From Erysipelotrichaceae bacterium (lineage in GTDB: Bacteria > Bacillota_I > Bacilli_A > RFN20 > CAG-826): 37,388 nucleotides of DNA. The position numbers and the translations under genes were made by a program. The notes under the pieces were generated by a model. The model worked only from the letters and a program-made list of their open reading frames with translations. It was not told where the DNA came from and did no database searches. The stretch covers positions 1 to 37,388 of the forward strand of contig JAISVG010000033.1 in assembly GCA_031271635.1 (NCBI GenBank), written 5' to 3'. Shown here piece by piece: positions 28,245 through 36,329 of this stretch (the first letter of the stretch is position 1; every line of letters starts with the position of its first letter).

Positions 28245-29330
28245 ATGATAACCCTTGTAATGAGTCAGCCCTTAGCAATAGCGATTGATGTGATAATACT
28301 TTTGTTGTTGGTCAGTATTATTATTTTCCAGATTATTTTCACTAAAAAAAGTGCTGCAACATCTAAAAAACATTTTACAATTCTTGTTAATGTTGGCTGT
28401 ATTATTTTGTTCTTGGGCTTGCTAGTATTGGGAGTGGTTCTCACCGCGGAACCGCTTGGCTTTGAAGTAACGCTTGAAGGTATTTTGCAGACAATTGGGA
28501 CATGGATTGTTAATCATGTGATGAGTTTTATTAATTCATTAATTATTATTGCAGTTTCGGTTTTAATTATTAATATTGCGCGCATTGTTTCGATTTTAAT
28601 CCCAAAACGATTTACAATTGATAAAAACATTAAAAGAAAACAAACTGTCGCGCATGTCTTTTTTAGTTTGATTAAGTATTTAATTAGTATCGTTGCATTA
28701 ATTTTAGTATTGGTTGCTTGGGGTATCAATATTATTCCCGCTTTAGCAGGAGTTGGAATTCTAGGCATTGTGATTGGTCTTGGGGCTCAAAGATTCATTA
28801 ATGATTTCATTTGTGGTTTGGCAATTGTTTTTGAGCATCATTTTGATGTTGGTGATGTAATAGAAATTGACGGCTTTAAGGGTACTGTCACTGATATTGG
28901 CCTTAAATCAACGATTGTAAAGAACTGGAAGAATAATATTAAGATTTTTGCTAATGGCGATATTACTAAAGTCATTAACTACTCGAAGTTTGATACTTTT
29001 GCCAGTGTGGCTTTTAAGACTTCAAATAAAGTAAGTATCAAAGAGATTAAAGAGGCTTTTGATCATTCATTTACTGATTTAAAAGAAAAGTATCCTCAGG
29101 TACTTGGAAATCCTAGTTTAAGAACCATTATTGGTTATGATAGCAACGCCACTACCTTTCAGATTGATGTTCCCGTTAAAAGTGAGACTCAGGTTGATGT
29201 TGAACGATATATTACTGCTGTGATGTATGAAGTTTTAAAGAGTAAGGGCCTATTACCTAACGATACCCTTATTATTGAACACGACGCTCCCGGACAAGAG
29301 ATTATTTTAAAGAAAACTAAGAAATCGTGA
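28245..29330 (+). CDS. small-conductance mechanosensitive channel (MscS family)
   Basis: AGVGILGIVIGLGAQRFINDFICG, FDVGDVIEIDGFKGTVTDIGLKST and VINYS motifs; two extra N-terminal TM segments. Confidence 0.92.
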   Translation: MITLVMSQPLAIAIDVIILLLLVSIIIFQIIFTKKSAATSKKHFTILVNVGCIILFLGLLVLGVVLTAEPLGFEVTLEGILQTIGTWIVNHVMSFINSLIIIAVSVLIINIARIVSILIPKRFTIDKNIKRKQTVAHVFFSLIKYLISIVALILVLVAWGINIIPALAGVGILGIVIGLGAQRFINDFICGLAIVFEHHFDVGDVIEIDGFKGTVTDIGLKSTIVKNWKNNIKIFANGDITKVINYSKFDTFASVAFKTSNKVSIKEIKEAFDHSFTDLKEKYPQVLGNPSLRTIIGYDSNATTFQIDVPVKSETQVDVERYITAVMYEVLKSKGLLPNDTLIIEHDAPGQEIILKKTKKS

Positions 29331-30067
29331 TTTGTTTAATTACCGGATGGCATGGTATGATCGCGCCACGTTTTAAAGAAGTTATCGAAAAGCACGGCTA
29401 TGAAGTAGTGGTTTTTGACCGCAGTAAAGTCAATATTGATTCTGATATAGCGGTCAAGCGATTCTTAAAAGCAGTAAATCCTGATCTCATTATTCATTTT
29501 GCTTATGGACGTATTAAATGGACCACGATTATGGCTAAATATGCCAAAGCTCATCAAAAGAAATTCGTTTATGTCAGTACTGTTAATGTTTATGGTGATA
29601 ATAAAGCTGGAAATCTTTTAGTTAATTCCCCTTGTCTTCCTAATGATGAGTATTCAAGATATAAAAGAGCAGTCGAAGAGGCGGTGTTAAAAACTAATAA
29701 CGAAGTCTACATTTTTAGATTAGGATGGCAAATCTCGCCTCTTTTAGAAACACACCCAAATAACATGGTGTCTTTTATGAAAAGAGAGCAAAATGAACAC
29801 GGCTTTGTGCTTGCGAATCAAAATTCATATCTATCAGTTTCTTTGACTAAAGATTTGGTAGAAGAAATGACGCGAATTATCATAACAATGCCTCCTGACA
29901 TCTATTTATTCAATAGTAATTTCAGTCTGAACTTTTATGATCTTTTGGTGAAGCTAAATGATTTGTATCATTTAGAATGTGTTATTAAGGCCGAAGATGG
30001 GCCGAGTTTTAATAATCTGATGTTCGATGACCGAGTGGATTTATCAAACGAGTTTTTTAGTAAGTAA
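29327..30067 (+). CDS. extended SDR sugar-nucleotide reductase/epimerase (RmlD-like)
   Basis: LITGWHGMIA Rossmann-like motif, PDLIIHFA, YVSTVNVY and YSRYK (YxxxK). GTG start overlaps the mscS stop. Confidence 0.72.
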   Translation: MICLITGWHGMIAPRFKEVIEKHGYEVVVFDRSKVNIDSDIAVKRFLKAVNPDLIIHFAYGRIKWTTIMAKYAKAHQKKFVYVSTVNVYGDNKAGNLLVNSPCLPNDEYSRYKRAVEEAVLKTNNEVYIFRLGWQISPLLETHPNNMVSFMKREQNEHGFVLANQNSYLSVSLTKDLVEEMTRIIITMPPDIYLFNSNFSLNFYDLLVKLNDLYHLECVIKAEDGPSFNNLMFDDRVDLSNEFFSK

Positions 30068-30073
30068 GCAAGA

Positions 30074-31102
30074 TTATTTTTTGCTTTGATATTTAAAGAG
30101 GGGTCGCAGCGCTTTTTTATAAGTAAAAGGGAGGAGTAGTTGATAACCGAAATAATTAAGTAAACGAGCGATTTTTAAAATCTTATCACGACTAATTATG
30201 TGATAAAAGTTTAAAGATTTAGCTTTAATTTGATTGATGAAGGCTTTTAATTCACGAGCTTTCCAATCTTTTCTGGTGAACTTAAGGAAAATTCTTAGAA
30301 TGACTTTAAACGATTTCCGTACTTCTTTGAGGATGAAAGACTTGATATTTGGTGAAAGCGAGGCTGTTTTAGTTTCATAAAAATCGAGTAATTTGAAGAA
30401 CACTTTGATTTGTTCATTAATCCGGTTTTTAAGACTATTGATGTTGGTCGATTGATTGAGGCCGCTTCCTTGATAGTATTGATATAAGAAGAGATCAAAA
30501 TGAGTGATTGATGTGGCACTTGCTAATGGATAAAGCGAATATTCAGCATCTTCATAAAAAGTCTTTTCAAGAACCGTGAGGTGTATCTCCTGGAGTAATT
30601 TAGTTTTAAATGTAAGTGTTGCTAAAGAGAGGAATTGATAGTTTAGGATTACTGTTTCTAAGGAATGCATGACCTCGTTTTTAGTGGGTTTTTTAAGGGC
30701 ACTAGTATTAATTGGAGCTTGATCCGTATAGATGTTGGTGTAGGAATGAGTAACAATATCGGTGTTGATATTTTTTAGATGATGAACAAAAGCAACAAAG
30801 GCTTCGGTATCAACATAATCATCACCATCAATGACTTTATAGTATCTTCCTTTTGCTAAAGGAATGGTGATATTAATGCAAGAGCCATGACCTCCGTTTT
30901 CCTTATTAATGATTTTAAAAAGGAAGGGATATTTAGTTTCGTATTCCTGTAGTTTTATTAGAGTTGTTGGATCAGTAGACCCATCATTAACTAAAAAGAT
31001 TTCAACTAAATGGAAAATCCGTTTATCAACATAAGAAGGGAGACACTTATCAATGAAGGCAGTGGTGTTATAAGAGGGAATACAGATTGAGAGTTGTAAC
31101 AT
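30074..31102 (-). CDS. glycosyltransferase family 2
   Basis: LSICIPSYN, VNDGSTD, KENGGHGS, VIDGDD (DxD) and FYEDAEY motifs. Confidence 0.92.
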   Translation of the reverse strand: MLQLSICIPSYNTTAFIDKCLPSYVDKRIFHLVEIFLVNDGSTDPTTLIKLQEYETKYPFLFKIINKENGGHGSCINITIPLAKGRYYKVIDGDDYVDTEAFVAFVHHLKNINTDIVTHSYTNIYTDQAPINTSALKKPTKNEVMHSLETVILNYQFLSLATLTFKTKLLQEIHLTVLEKTFYEDAEYSLYPLASATSITHFDLFLYQYYQGSGLNQSTNINSLKNRINEQIKVFFKLLDFYETKTASLSPNIKSFILKEVRKSFKVILRIFLKFTRKDWKARELKAFINQIKAKSLNFYHIISRDKILKIARLLNYFGYQLLLPFTYKKALRPLFKYQSKK

Positions 31103-31223
31103 AGTATAATTATATTAGTAAAACAGGTTTTTTAGCATTTAAATCGCTTTGCTTTTTTGCTTTTAAAAACGATATTTTGCCCAACAATACGGCATGTTCT
31201 TAAAAATCATATATAATTAAGGC

Positions 31224-32339
31224 ATGACAAAATATTATGATTATTTAATTGTTGGAGCCGGACTTTTTGGTGCGACTTTGGCATATAAGCTTAAAAAGGC
31301 CGGTAAAAGCGTCATCGTTTTAGAAAAGCGACATCATCTTGGCGGTACGGTTCACACCGAGGAGATAAGTGGGATTCAGGTTCATATGTATGGTGCGCAT
31401 ATTTTTCGTACTAGTAACAAAGGCATTTGGGAGTTTATTAATCAATTTGCGGAATTTAATGGCTTCGTAAATTCCCCAATGGCAATTTATCAAGATGAGA
31501 TCTATAATCTTCCCTTTAATATGAATACTTTTTCAAAACTATTTAACATTAAAACGCCTCAAGAAGCAAAAGCGGTGATTGAAAGAGAGATTAAAGCTGC
31601 TGGAATTAGTGAGCCTAATAACCTTGAAGAGAAGGCGATTTCGCTCGTTGGAACAACCATTTATGAGAAATTAATCAAGGGATATACAGGCAAACAGTGG
31701 GGAAAACCATGTCGCGACTTACCGGCTAGTATTTTAAATCGTTTACCAGTAAGATATATTTATGATAATAACTACTATAATGAGCGGTACCAAGGGATAC
31801 CACTTGGCGGATACACCAGGATTATTGAAAAAATGCTGGACGGAGTGACAATAGTCACAAACTGTGATTATTTAAAGGAAAAAGAGAAATATCGCTCTTT
31901 TGCCGATAAAATCATCTATACTGGACAAATTGATAAGTACTTCTCATATTGCTTTGGGGAACTGGAATATCGTTCTTTAAAGTTTGAGCATTTTAATCTA
32001 GAAGAAACTAATTATCAAGGGAATGCCGTTATTAATTATACGGAGTATGAAGTTCCTTATACAAGAATTATTGAGCACAAGCACTTTGAATTTAATCTTT
32101 GCCCTAATTTTACGGTGATTACTAAAGAATACCCAGCTTCATATGACAAAGAGAAAAATGAACCATATTACCCTATTAATGACGAAAAAAATACTGCATT
32201 ATATAATAAGTACTTAGAATTATCGAAGAAAGATCCGCAAGTTATTTTCGGGGGAAGACTAGGAATGTATAAGTATTTTGATATGACTGATACGATTGAT
32301 GCCGCTTTAAAGTTAGCGGAATCCTTACTTAACGATTAA
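31224..32339 (+). CDS. glf: UDP-galactopyranose mutase
   Basis: [50 protein letters not shown] and [11 protein letters not shown] motifs. Confidence 0.96.
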   Translation: MTKYYDYLIVGAGLFGATLAYKLKKAGKSVIVLEKRHHLGGTVHTEEISGIQVHMYGAHIFRTSNKGIWEFINQFAEFNGFVNSPMAIYQDEIYNLPFNMNTFSKLFNIKTPQEAKAVIEREIKAAGISEPNNLEEKAISLVGTTIYEKLIKGYTGKQWGKPCRDLPASILNRLPVRYIYDNNYYNERYQGIPLGGYTRIIEKMLDGVTIVTNCDYLKEKEKYRSFADKIIYTGQIDKYFSYCFGELEYRSLKFEHFNLEETNYQGNAVINYTEYEVPYTRIIEHKHFEFNLCPNFTVITKEYPASYDKEKNEPYYPINDEKNTALYNKYLELSKKDPQVIFGGRLGMYKYFDMTDTIDAALKLAESLLND

Positions 32340-32372
32340 AATGTCTTTCTTTGATTCTGCTGGTAATATTGA

Positions 32373-32400
32373 TTGACAATTTTGGTATTAGTGATAGAAT
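32373..32400 (+). promoter_or_regulatory. putative rpmE promoter
   Basis: TTGACA-N16-TAGAAT with extended -10 TG. Confidence 0.7.
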
Positions 32401-32449
32401 AAGAGAGGACTTACGCTCGAGCATAGCTTATAGCGCCGAAGGAGAAAAT

Positions 32450-32671
32450 ATGAAAGATTCAATTCACCCCAAGTATCAAAGAGCAGTCGTTACTTGTATT
32501 TCTTGCGGAAACACTTTTGAAACTGGTTCGACCTTAAAAGAAATTAAAGTTGATACCTGTTCAAATTGCCATCCGTTCTATACTGGAAAACAACGCTTTG
32601 TACAGGCAGATGGTCGTATCGATAAATTCAATAAGAAATACGGCTTGAATAAAGAAAAAGATACTAAATAA
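32450..32671 (+). CDS. rpmE: 50S ribosomal protein L31, zinc-binding type
   Basis: MKDSIHPKY...CISCGN...[12 protein letters not shown]...[10 protein letters not shown]. Start moved to ATG 32450 after AAGGAG. Confidence 0.97.
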   Translation: MKDSIHPKYQRAVVTCISCGNTFETGSTLKEIKVDTCSNCHPFYTGKQRFVQADGRIDKFNKKYGLNKEKDTK

Positions 32672-32680
32672 ATTAGAGTT

Positions 32681-32718
32681 AAAAAAGAGATCTGCATGTT
32701 GAAGTGGGTCTCTTTTTT
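32681..32718 (+). terminator. intrinsic terminator after rpmE
   Basis: AAAAAAGAGATC...GGTCTCTTTTTT hairpin with a T tail. Confidence 0.75.
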
Positions 32719-32728
32719 GTTGTCTAAT

Positions 32729-32763
32729 AAAAAGAACTGCTAAGATTAAGCTCAGCAGTTCTT
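32729..32763 (-). terminator. intrinsic terminator after the 485-aa lipoprotein
   Basis: AAGAACTGCT (32732-32741) / AGCAGTTCTT (32754-32763) inverted repeat with a minus-strand T run. Confidence 0.75.
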
Positions 32764-32786
32764 GATAATACTATACCAACTGTTGA

Positions 32787-34244
32787 CTATACTGCGTGAT
32801 AGCTAATAACCATCTGCATAATGTGGAACTGAATATTTGAGGTATGCACATTATGAATTGCAATGGAACTGCCATTTACAGTTTTGCTTGCTAGAGGAGT
32901 TGGTGAAGTAGTGGTTGTTAAGTCTTCAACCGTACCATTAAACTCGATTTTAATTGTAGCATCATTAGTATTGTTAGTTTTATATGTTAAAACATATGAA
33001 TCGATTACATAACCACTAGTGACACTGACGGTCAATGTACAGCCGCCGCCGGTTTGATAAAGTGCGAGCCAACCACCTTTATTTAAACCAATGTGATTTT
33101 GACCAGAAGGCCCTTTATCACTAACAACCGAAAAGATGGTAGGATCAAGACCAACGGTAGCGGCGTCGTTTTCGCCAGTCATGTTTACTGTAGCCCCAGA
33201 ATAGATGAGGGTAACACCATCAACCGGATCTGGGTCTGGATCTGGATCTGGATCAGTTGTGCCACCATTATCATCAACAAATGACACAACAAATAAGTCA
33301 ATTTTTCCAGCGGTACTAGTAGCAGGACCAGAAGTAAGATAACCAGTAAAGGTTCCGGTGTGATTGGCTAATGAGGTCATATTTCCGGTGCTTTCTGTGG
33401 CTGGAGTTCCCGTAACAAAAGCAAAGAAACCGGAAGCACCACCACTAGTTCCGGTGATTTTAACATTGGTAAAACTACCATCAAGATAAATAGTTCCATT
33501 AAAGGTAACTCTTGGAGGTAGTGAAGGGGAGGCAGTCATGAAGTTAGTTAACCAAGCTTGATTAATACTTGCGGCAGTAGAATCAACTACTGGACCAGCA
33601 GTATCAAGTCTTGTGACGTCAATAGTGGTGTATCCTCCCTCTATTGCAGTAGTAGCAAGTTGTCTAATGCCATATCTTTCAGCAACATTCGCGGCAATAG
33701 AAACATGGTCGCCGATTTCGTAATCAGTTGGAAGATTTGGGGTGGCAGTTGGTGGAAGGAAAACAAGAATGTTTCCGGTGGTATCACCGACAATCCATGA
33801 GTTTGGATTCATTCCCATGATTCTAACATCAACTAGGACACGATCGCCAAGCACGGACTCGCTTGCAACATCTTCAACTAAGATTGATCCGTCAATTGGA
33901 ACATAGTTTTCATCACCATCGCCACCTTTTCTTTCACTAAGCGTGACTACTTTGGTGCCAACAACTTCGTTGACTTTACTTTTTGCAGTAATGGTAACAT
34001 CACCATTATTAACTCCAGTAAGAAGACCACTTTGCGTAATGGTAGCAAGATTAGTAGGTTCAACGGTCCAAGAAACATCTTTTGAAGCATCAAGAGGCGC
34101 GACAGTAACGGTATACTGTGCAGGAACATTTAGTTCGGCAGTAGCAGGACCTTCGATGGTAATTGTGGTGGGGCCAGTAGCGGTTTCACCACAACCAAAG
34201 AGGGCAGCAAATAAAAAAGGCACTAACAAGAATGTTTTTTTCAT
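32787..34244 (-). CDS. multidomain lipoprotein: Ig-like (Big_2), OB-fold-like region, DP linker, beta-rich C-terminal domain
   Basis: Lipobox ALFGC; TVAPLDASKDVSWTV...GLLTGVNNGDVTITAKS (Big_2-like); VGDTTGNILVF...IGDHVSI...YGIRQL (OB-like); DPDPDPDPDP linker. Confidence 0.65.
   Translation of the reverse strand: MKKTFLLVPFLFAALFGCGETATGPTTITIEGPATAELNVPAQYTVTVAPLDASKDVSWTVEPTNLATITQSGLLTGVNNGDVTITAKSKVNEVVGTKVVTLSERKGGDGDENYVPIDGSILVEDVASESVLGDRVLVDVRIMGMNPNSWIVGDTTGNILVFLPPTATPNLPTDYEIGDHVSIAANVAERYGIRQLATTAIEGGYTTIDVTRLDTAGPVVDSTAASINQAWLTNFMTASPSLPPRVTFNGTIYLDGSFTNVKITGTSGGASGFFAFVTGTPATESTGNMTSLANHTGTFTGYLTSGPATSTAGKIDLFVVSFVDDNGGTTDPDPDPDPDPVDGVTLIYSGATVNMTGENDAATVGLDPTIFSVVSDKGPSGQNHIGLNKGGWLALYQTGGGCTLTVSVTSGYVIDSYVLTYKTNNTNDATIKIEFNGTVEDLTTTTSPTPLASKTVNGSSIAIHNVHTSNIQFHIMQMVISYHAV
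33225..33254 (-). repeat. 6-bp coding tandem repeat (Asp-Pro x5 linker)
   Basis: Plus strand CGGATC TGGGTC TGGATC TGGATC TGGATC. Confidence 0.9.
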
Positions 34245-34383
34245 TTAATTCTCCTTTGTTGAAACATCACTTATATTATACTTGAACAAGCAGGAATTGT
34301 TTTATGTGACATTAAAAGAACTTTTAAATTTGAGTTTACGACTTCGCACTATCATTTTTTATTTATTTTTGATATAGTATGAG

Positions 34384-34464
34384 AGCCATTACGATGTAAA
34401 GTTTCGAACCTGGTCAGGATGGGAACATAGCAGCCATAAGAATTGCTTTGCATGTGTAATGGTT
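34384..34464 (+). ncRNA. ffs: signal recognition particle RNA (small 4.5S type)
   Basis: Helix-8 motif GGTCAGG-ATG-GGAA-CAT-AGCAGCC (34412-34435); terminal stem AGCCATTAC/GTAATGGTT; extended -10 TGaTATAGT at 34370-34378; next to tadA. Confidence 0.9.
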
Positions 34465-34471
34465 TTACTTT

Positions 34472-34942
34472 ATGAAAAAGAATCACGATTACTTTATGAA
34501 AATGGCCCTTAAAGAGGCCAAGAAGGCTTTTTTGATATCTGAAGTTCCAGTTGGAGCAGTTTTAGTTAAGGATGATGTTATTATTGCTCGAGGTCATAAT
34601 GTGGTGGAGAAAAAACAAAGTGTTTTAAGACATGCTGAACTTGAAGTTATTAAAAAAGCGAATGCTAAACAAAAAAATTGGCGTCTTAATGAAACAACGT
34701 TATATGTGACTTTAGAGCCTTGTATGATGTGTTTAGGAGCAATTAATTTGTCACGAATTAAAAATGTCATTTTTTTGTTATTAGATGATAAGAAAAGTGA
34801 TAATCAACGAAGTATTGAACGAAAAAACATCGTAACTACACTTATTCTTCATAGTGATTCAAAGCGTCAAAAAGAGTATAAAACTATGCTCCAGACTTTT
34901 TTCCGGGACCAAAGAATTTTAAAGAAATTTGACTCAGAATAA
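34472..34942 (+). CDS. tadA: tRNA-specific adenosine deaminase
   Basis: EVPVGAV, HAE, NWRL and LYVTLEPCMMCLGA motifs. Confidence 0.88.
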   Translation: MKKNHDYFMKMALKEAKKAFLISEVPVGAVLVKDDVIIARGHNVVEKKQSVLRHAELEVIKKANAKQKNWRLNETTLYVTLEPCMMCLGAINLSRIKNVIFLLLDDKKSDNQRSIERKNIVTTLILHSDSKRQKEYKTMLQTFFRDQRILKKFDSE

Positions 34943-34974
34943 CAGATTCGCAATATTATAATATAATATCTCAT

Positions 34975-36327
34975 ATGGATCAGAAACTGAAGTTAAACAC
35001 GAAGCGAACCTTGATGATTGGGTTGGCTTTTTTTACGATTCTGATGATGTGGCAGGTATACAATACTTATTGCCCGTTATTTATTACCGATTATCTTGTT
35101 AATAATTATGGTGGCGATGAAATTAAATGGCAGTGGTTGGTTGGTGTTATTATGGCGACTGATAATGTTTTAGCGTTGGGAATGCTGCCGTTATTTGGAT
35201 ATTTCTCCGACAAAACTAGGACTAAAATTGGGAAGAGAATGCCTTATATTATTGGTGGCACGATTGCATCAGTGGTGGTTTTACCGCTAATTCCGGTCAT
35301 GTTCTATTATAATAGTTTTGTTGGTTTAATGATTTGCATGGCTTTAGTGCTTATCTTTATGAATTTATACCGTAACCCGGCAGTAAGTTTAATGCCAGAC
35401 ATTACTCCGAAACCCTTGAGAGCCAAAGCTAATGGGTTAATCAATTTAGTAGGCTATGTTGGCGCAATTTTGGCTGGGGTTTTAGCAATGCTTCTTTCAT
35501 TTGATAATCAGATGGCGGCTAACGGGGCTAAGCGGAGCCTAATCGTGACAATGTTACCATTTATTATTACTGCAGTTTTAATGGTCTTGGCCTTAATTCT
35601 TTTAGTTATAAAAATTCGTGAGAATCAGATTCTAAAAGAAGTTGCTGACGACATGAAAAGAGGCGAAGAACTTGCGGAAACAAATGACGTTATTAAAGAG
35701 AATGTTCCTCTCTCAAAGAAAGATAAGATTACTTTAGCCTTAATTATTGGAGCTACTTTTTTGTGGTTTGCCGGCTTTAATGCTATTGAGACTTTTTGGT
35801 CGAACTATAGTGTGTATCATTTAGGAGCCGATCGGCCTTTATCAATGGCGACAAATGTTCTTGCGATCGCTTCACTTTTGGCCTTTGTTCCGGCGGGATT
35901 ATTAGCAAATAAAATTACGCGAAAATGGGTAGTTTTGATCGGAATTATTCTCGTTGTTGCTGGTTTAATACCGATGTTTTTTATCGATAGTAGTAGCGGG
36001 GCACTTGTTTTTGCGATTTATGCTTCATTTTTTGTTTGTGGCGTTGGTTGGGCCTTCATTAATTGCTGCTCATATCCGATGGTGGTAGAGTTAGCTAATA
36101 AGAATAATATTGGTAGATTTACAGGTCTTTATTATTCAGCTAGCATGTTATCACAATCAATTACTCCGATTGTAATTGGTTTTTTCATTGGCAGTGATGA
36201 TTTTGGGGTTCTCTTCCCATATGCTGCCGCTCTCTTTGTTGTTGCAGGAATCATTTTCTTTTTTATCCAGAATAAACGCGTGGTTAAAACCGAAAAACAC
36301 GGTTTGGAACATTTTAATACTGATTAG
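34975..36327 (+). CDS. MFS transporter (sugar/oligosaccharide, SLC45/MalT-like)
   Basis: About 12 TM segments; SDKTRTKIGKRMPYI, PAVSLMPDITP and GRFTGLYY motifs. Confidence 0.88.
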   Translation: MDQKLKLNTKRTLMIGLAFFTILMMWQVYNTYCPLFITDYLVNNYGGDEIKWQWLVGVIMATDNVLALGMLPLFGYFSDKTRTKIGKRMPYIIGGTIASVVVLPLIPVMFYYNSFVGLMICMALVLIFMNLYRNPAVSLMPDITPKPLRAKANGLINLVGYVGAILAGVLAMLLSFDNQMAANGAKRSLIVTMLPFIITAVLMVLALILLVIKIRENQILKEVADDMKRGEELAETNDVIKENVPLSKKDKITLALIIGATFLWFAGFNAIETFWSNYSVYHLGADRPLSMATNVLAIASLLAFVPAGLLANKITRKWVVLIGIILVVAGLIPMFFIDSSSGALVFAIYASFFVCGVGWAFINCCSYPMVVELANKNNIGRFTGLYYSASMLSQSITPIVIGFFIGSDDFGVLFPYAAALFVVAGIIFFFIQNKRVVKTEKHGLEHFNTD

Positions 36328-36329
36328 AT

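Noticed and set aside
26384-32449. ORF-track starts for hsp20 (26384) and rpmE (32351)
   Set aside because: They fall inside a CIRCE element or upstream of the promoter; downstream ATGs with strong SD sequences fit the known protein starts.
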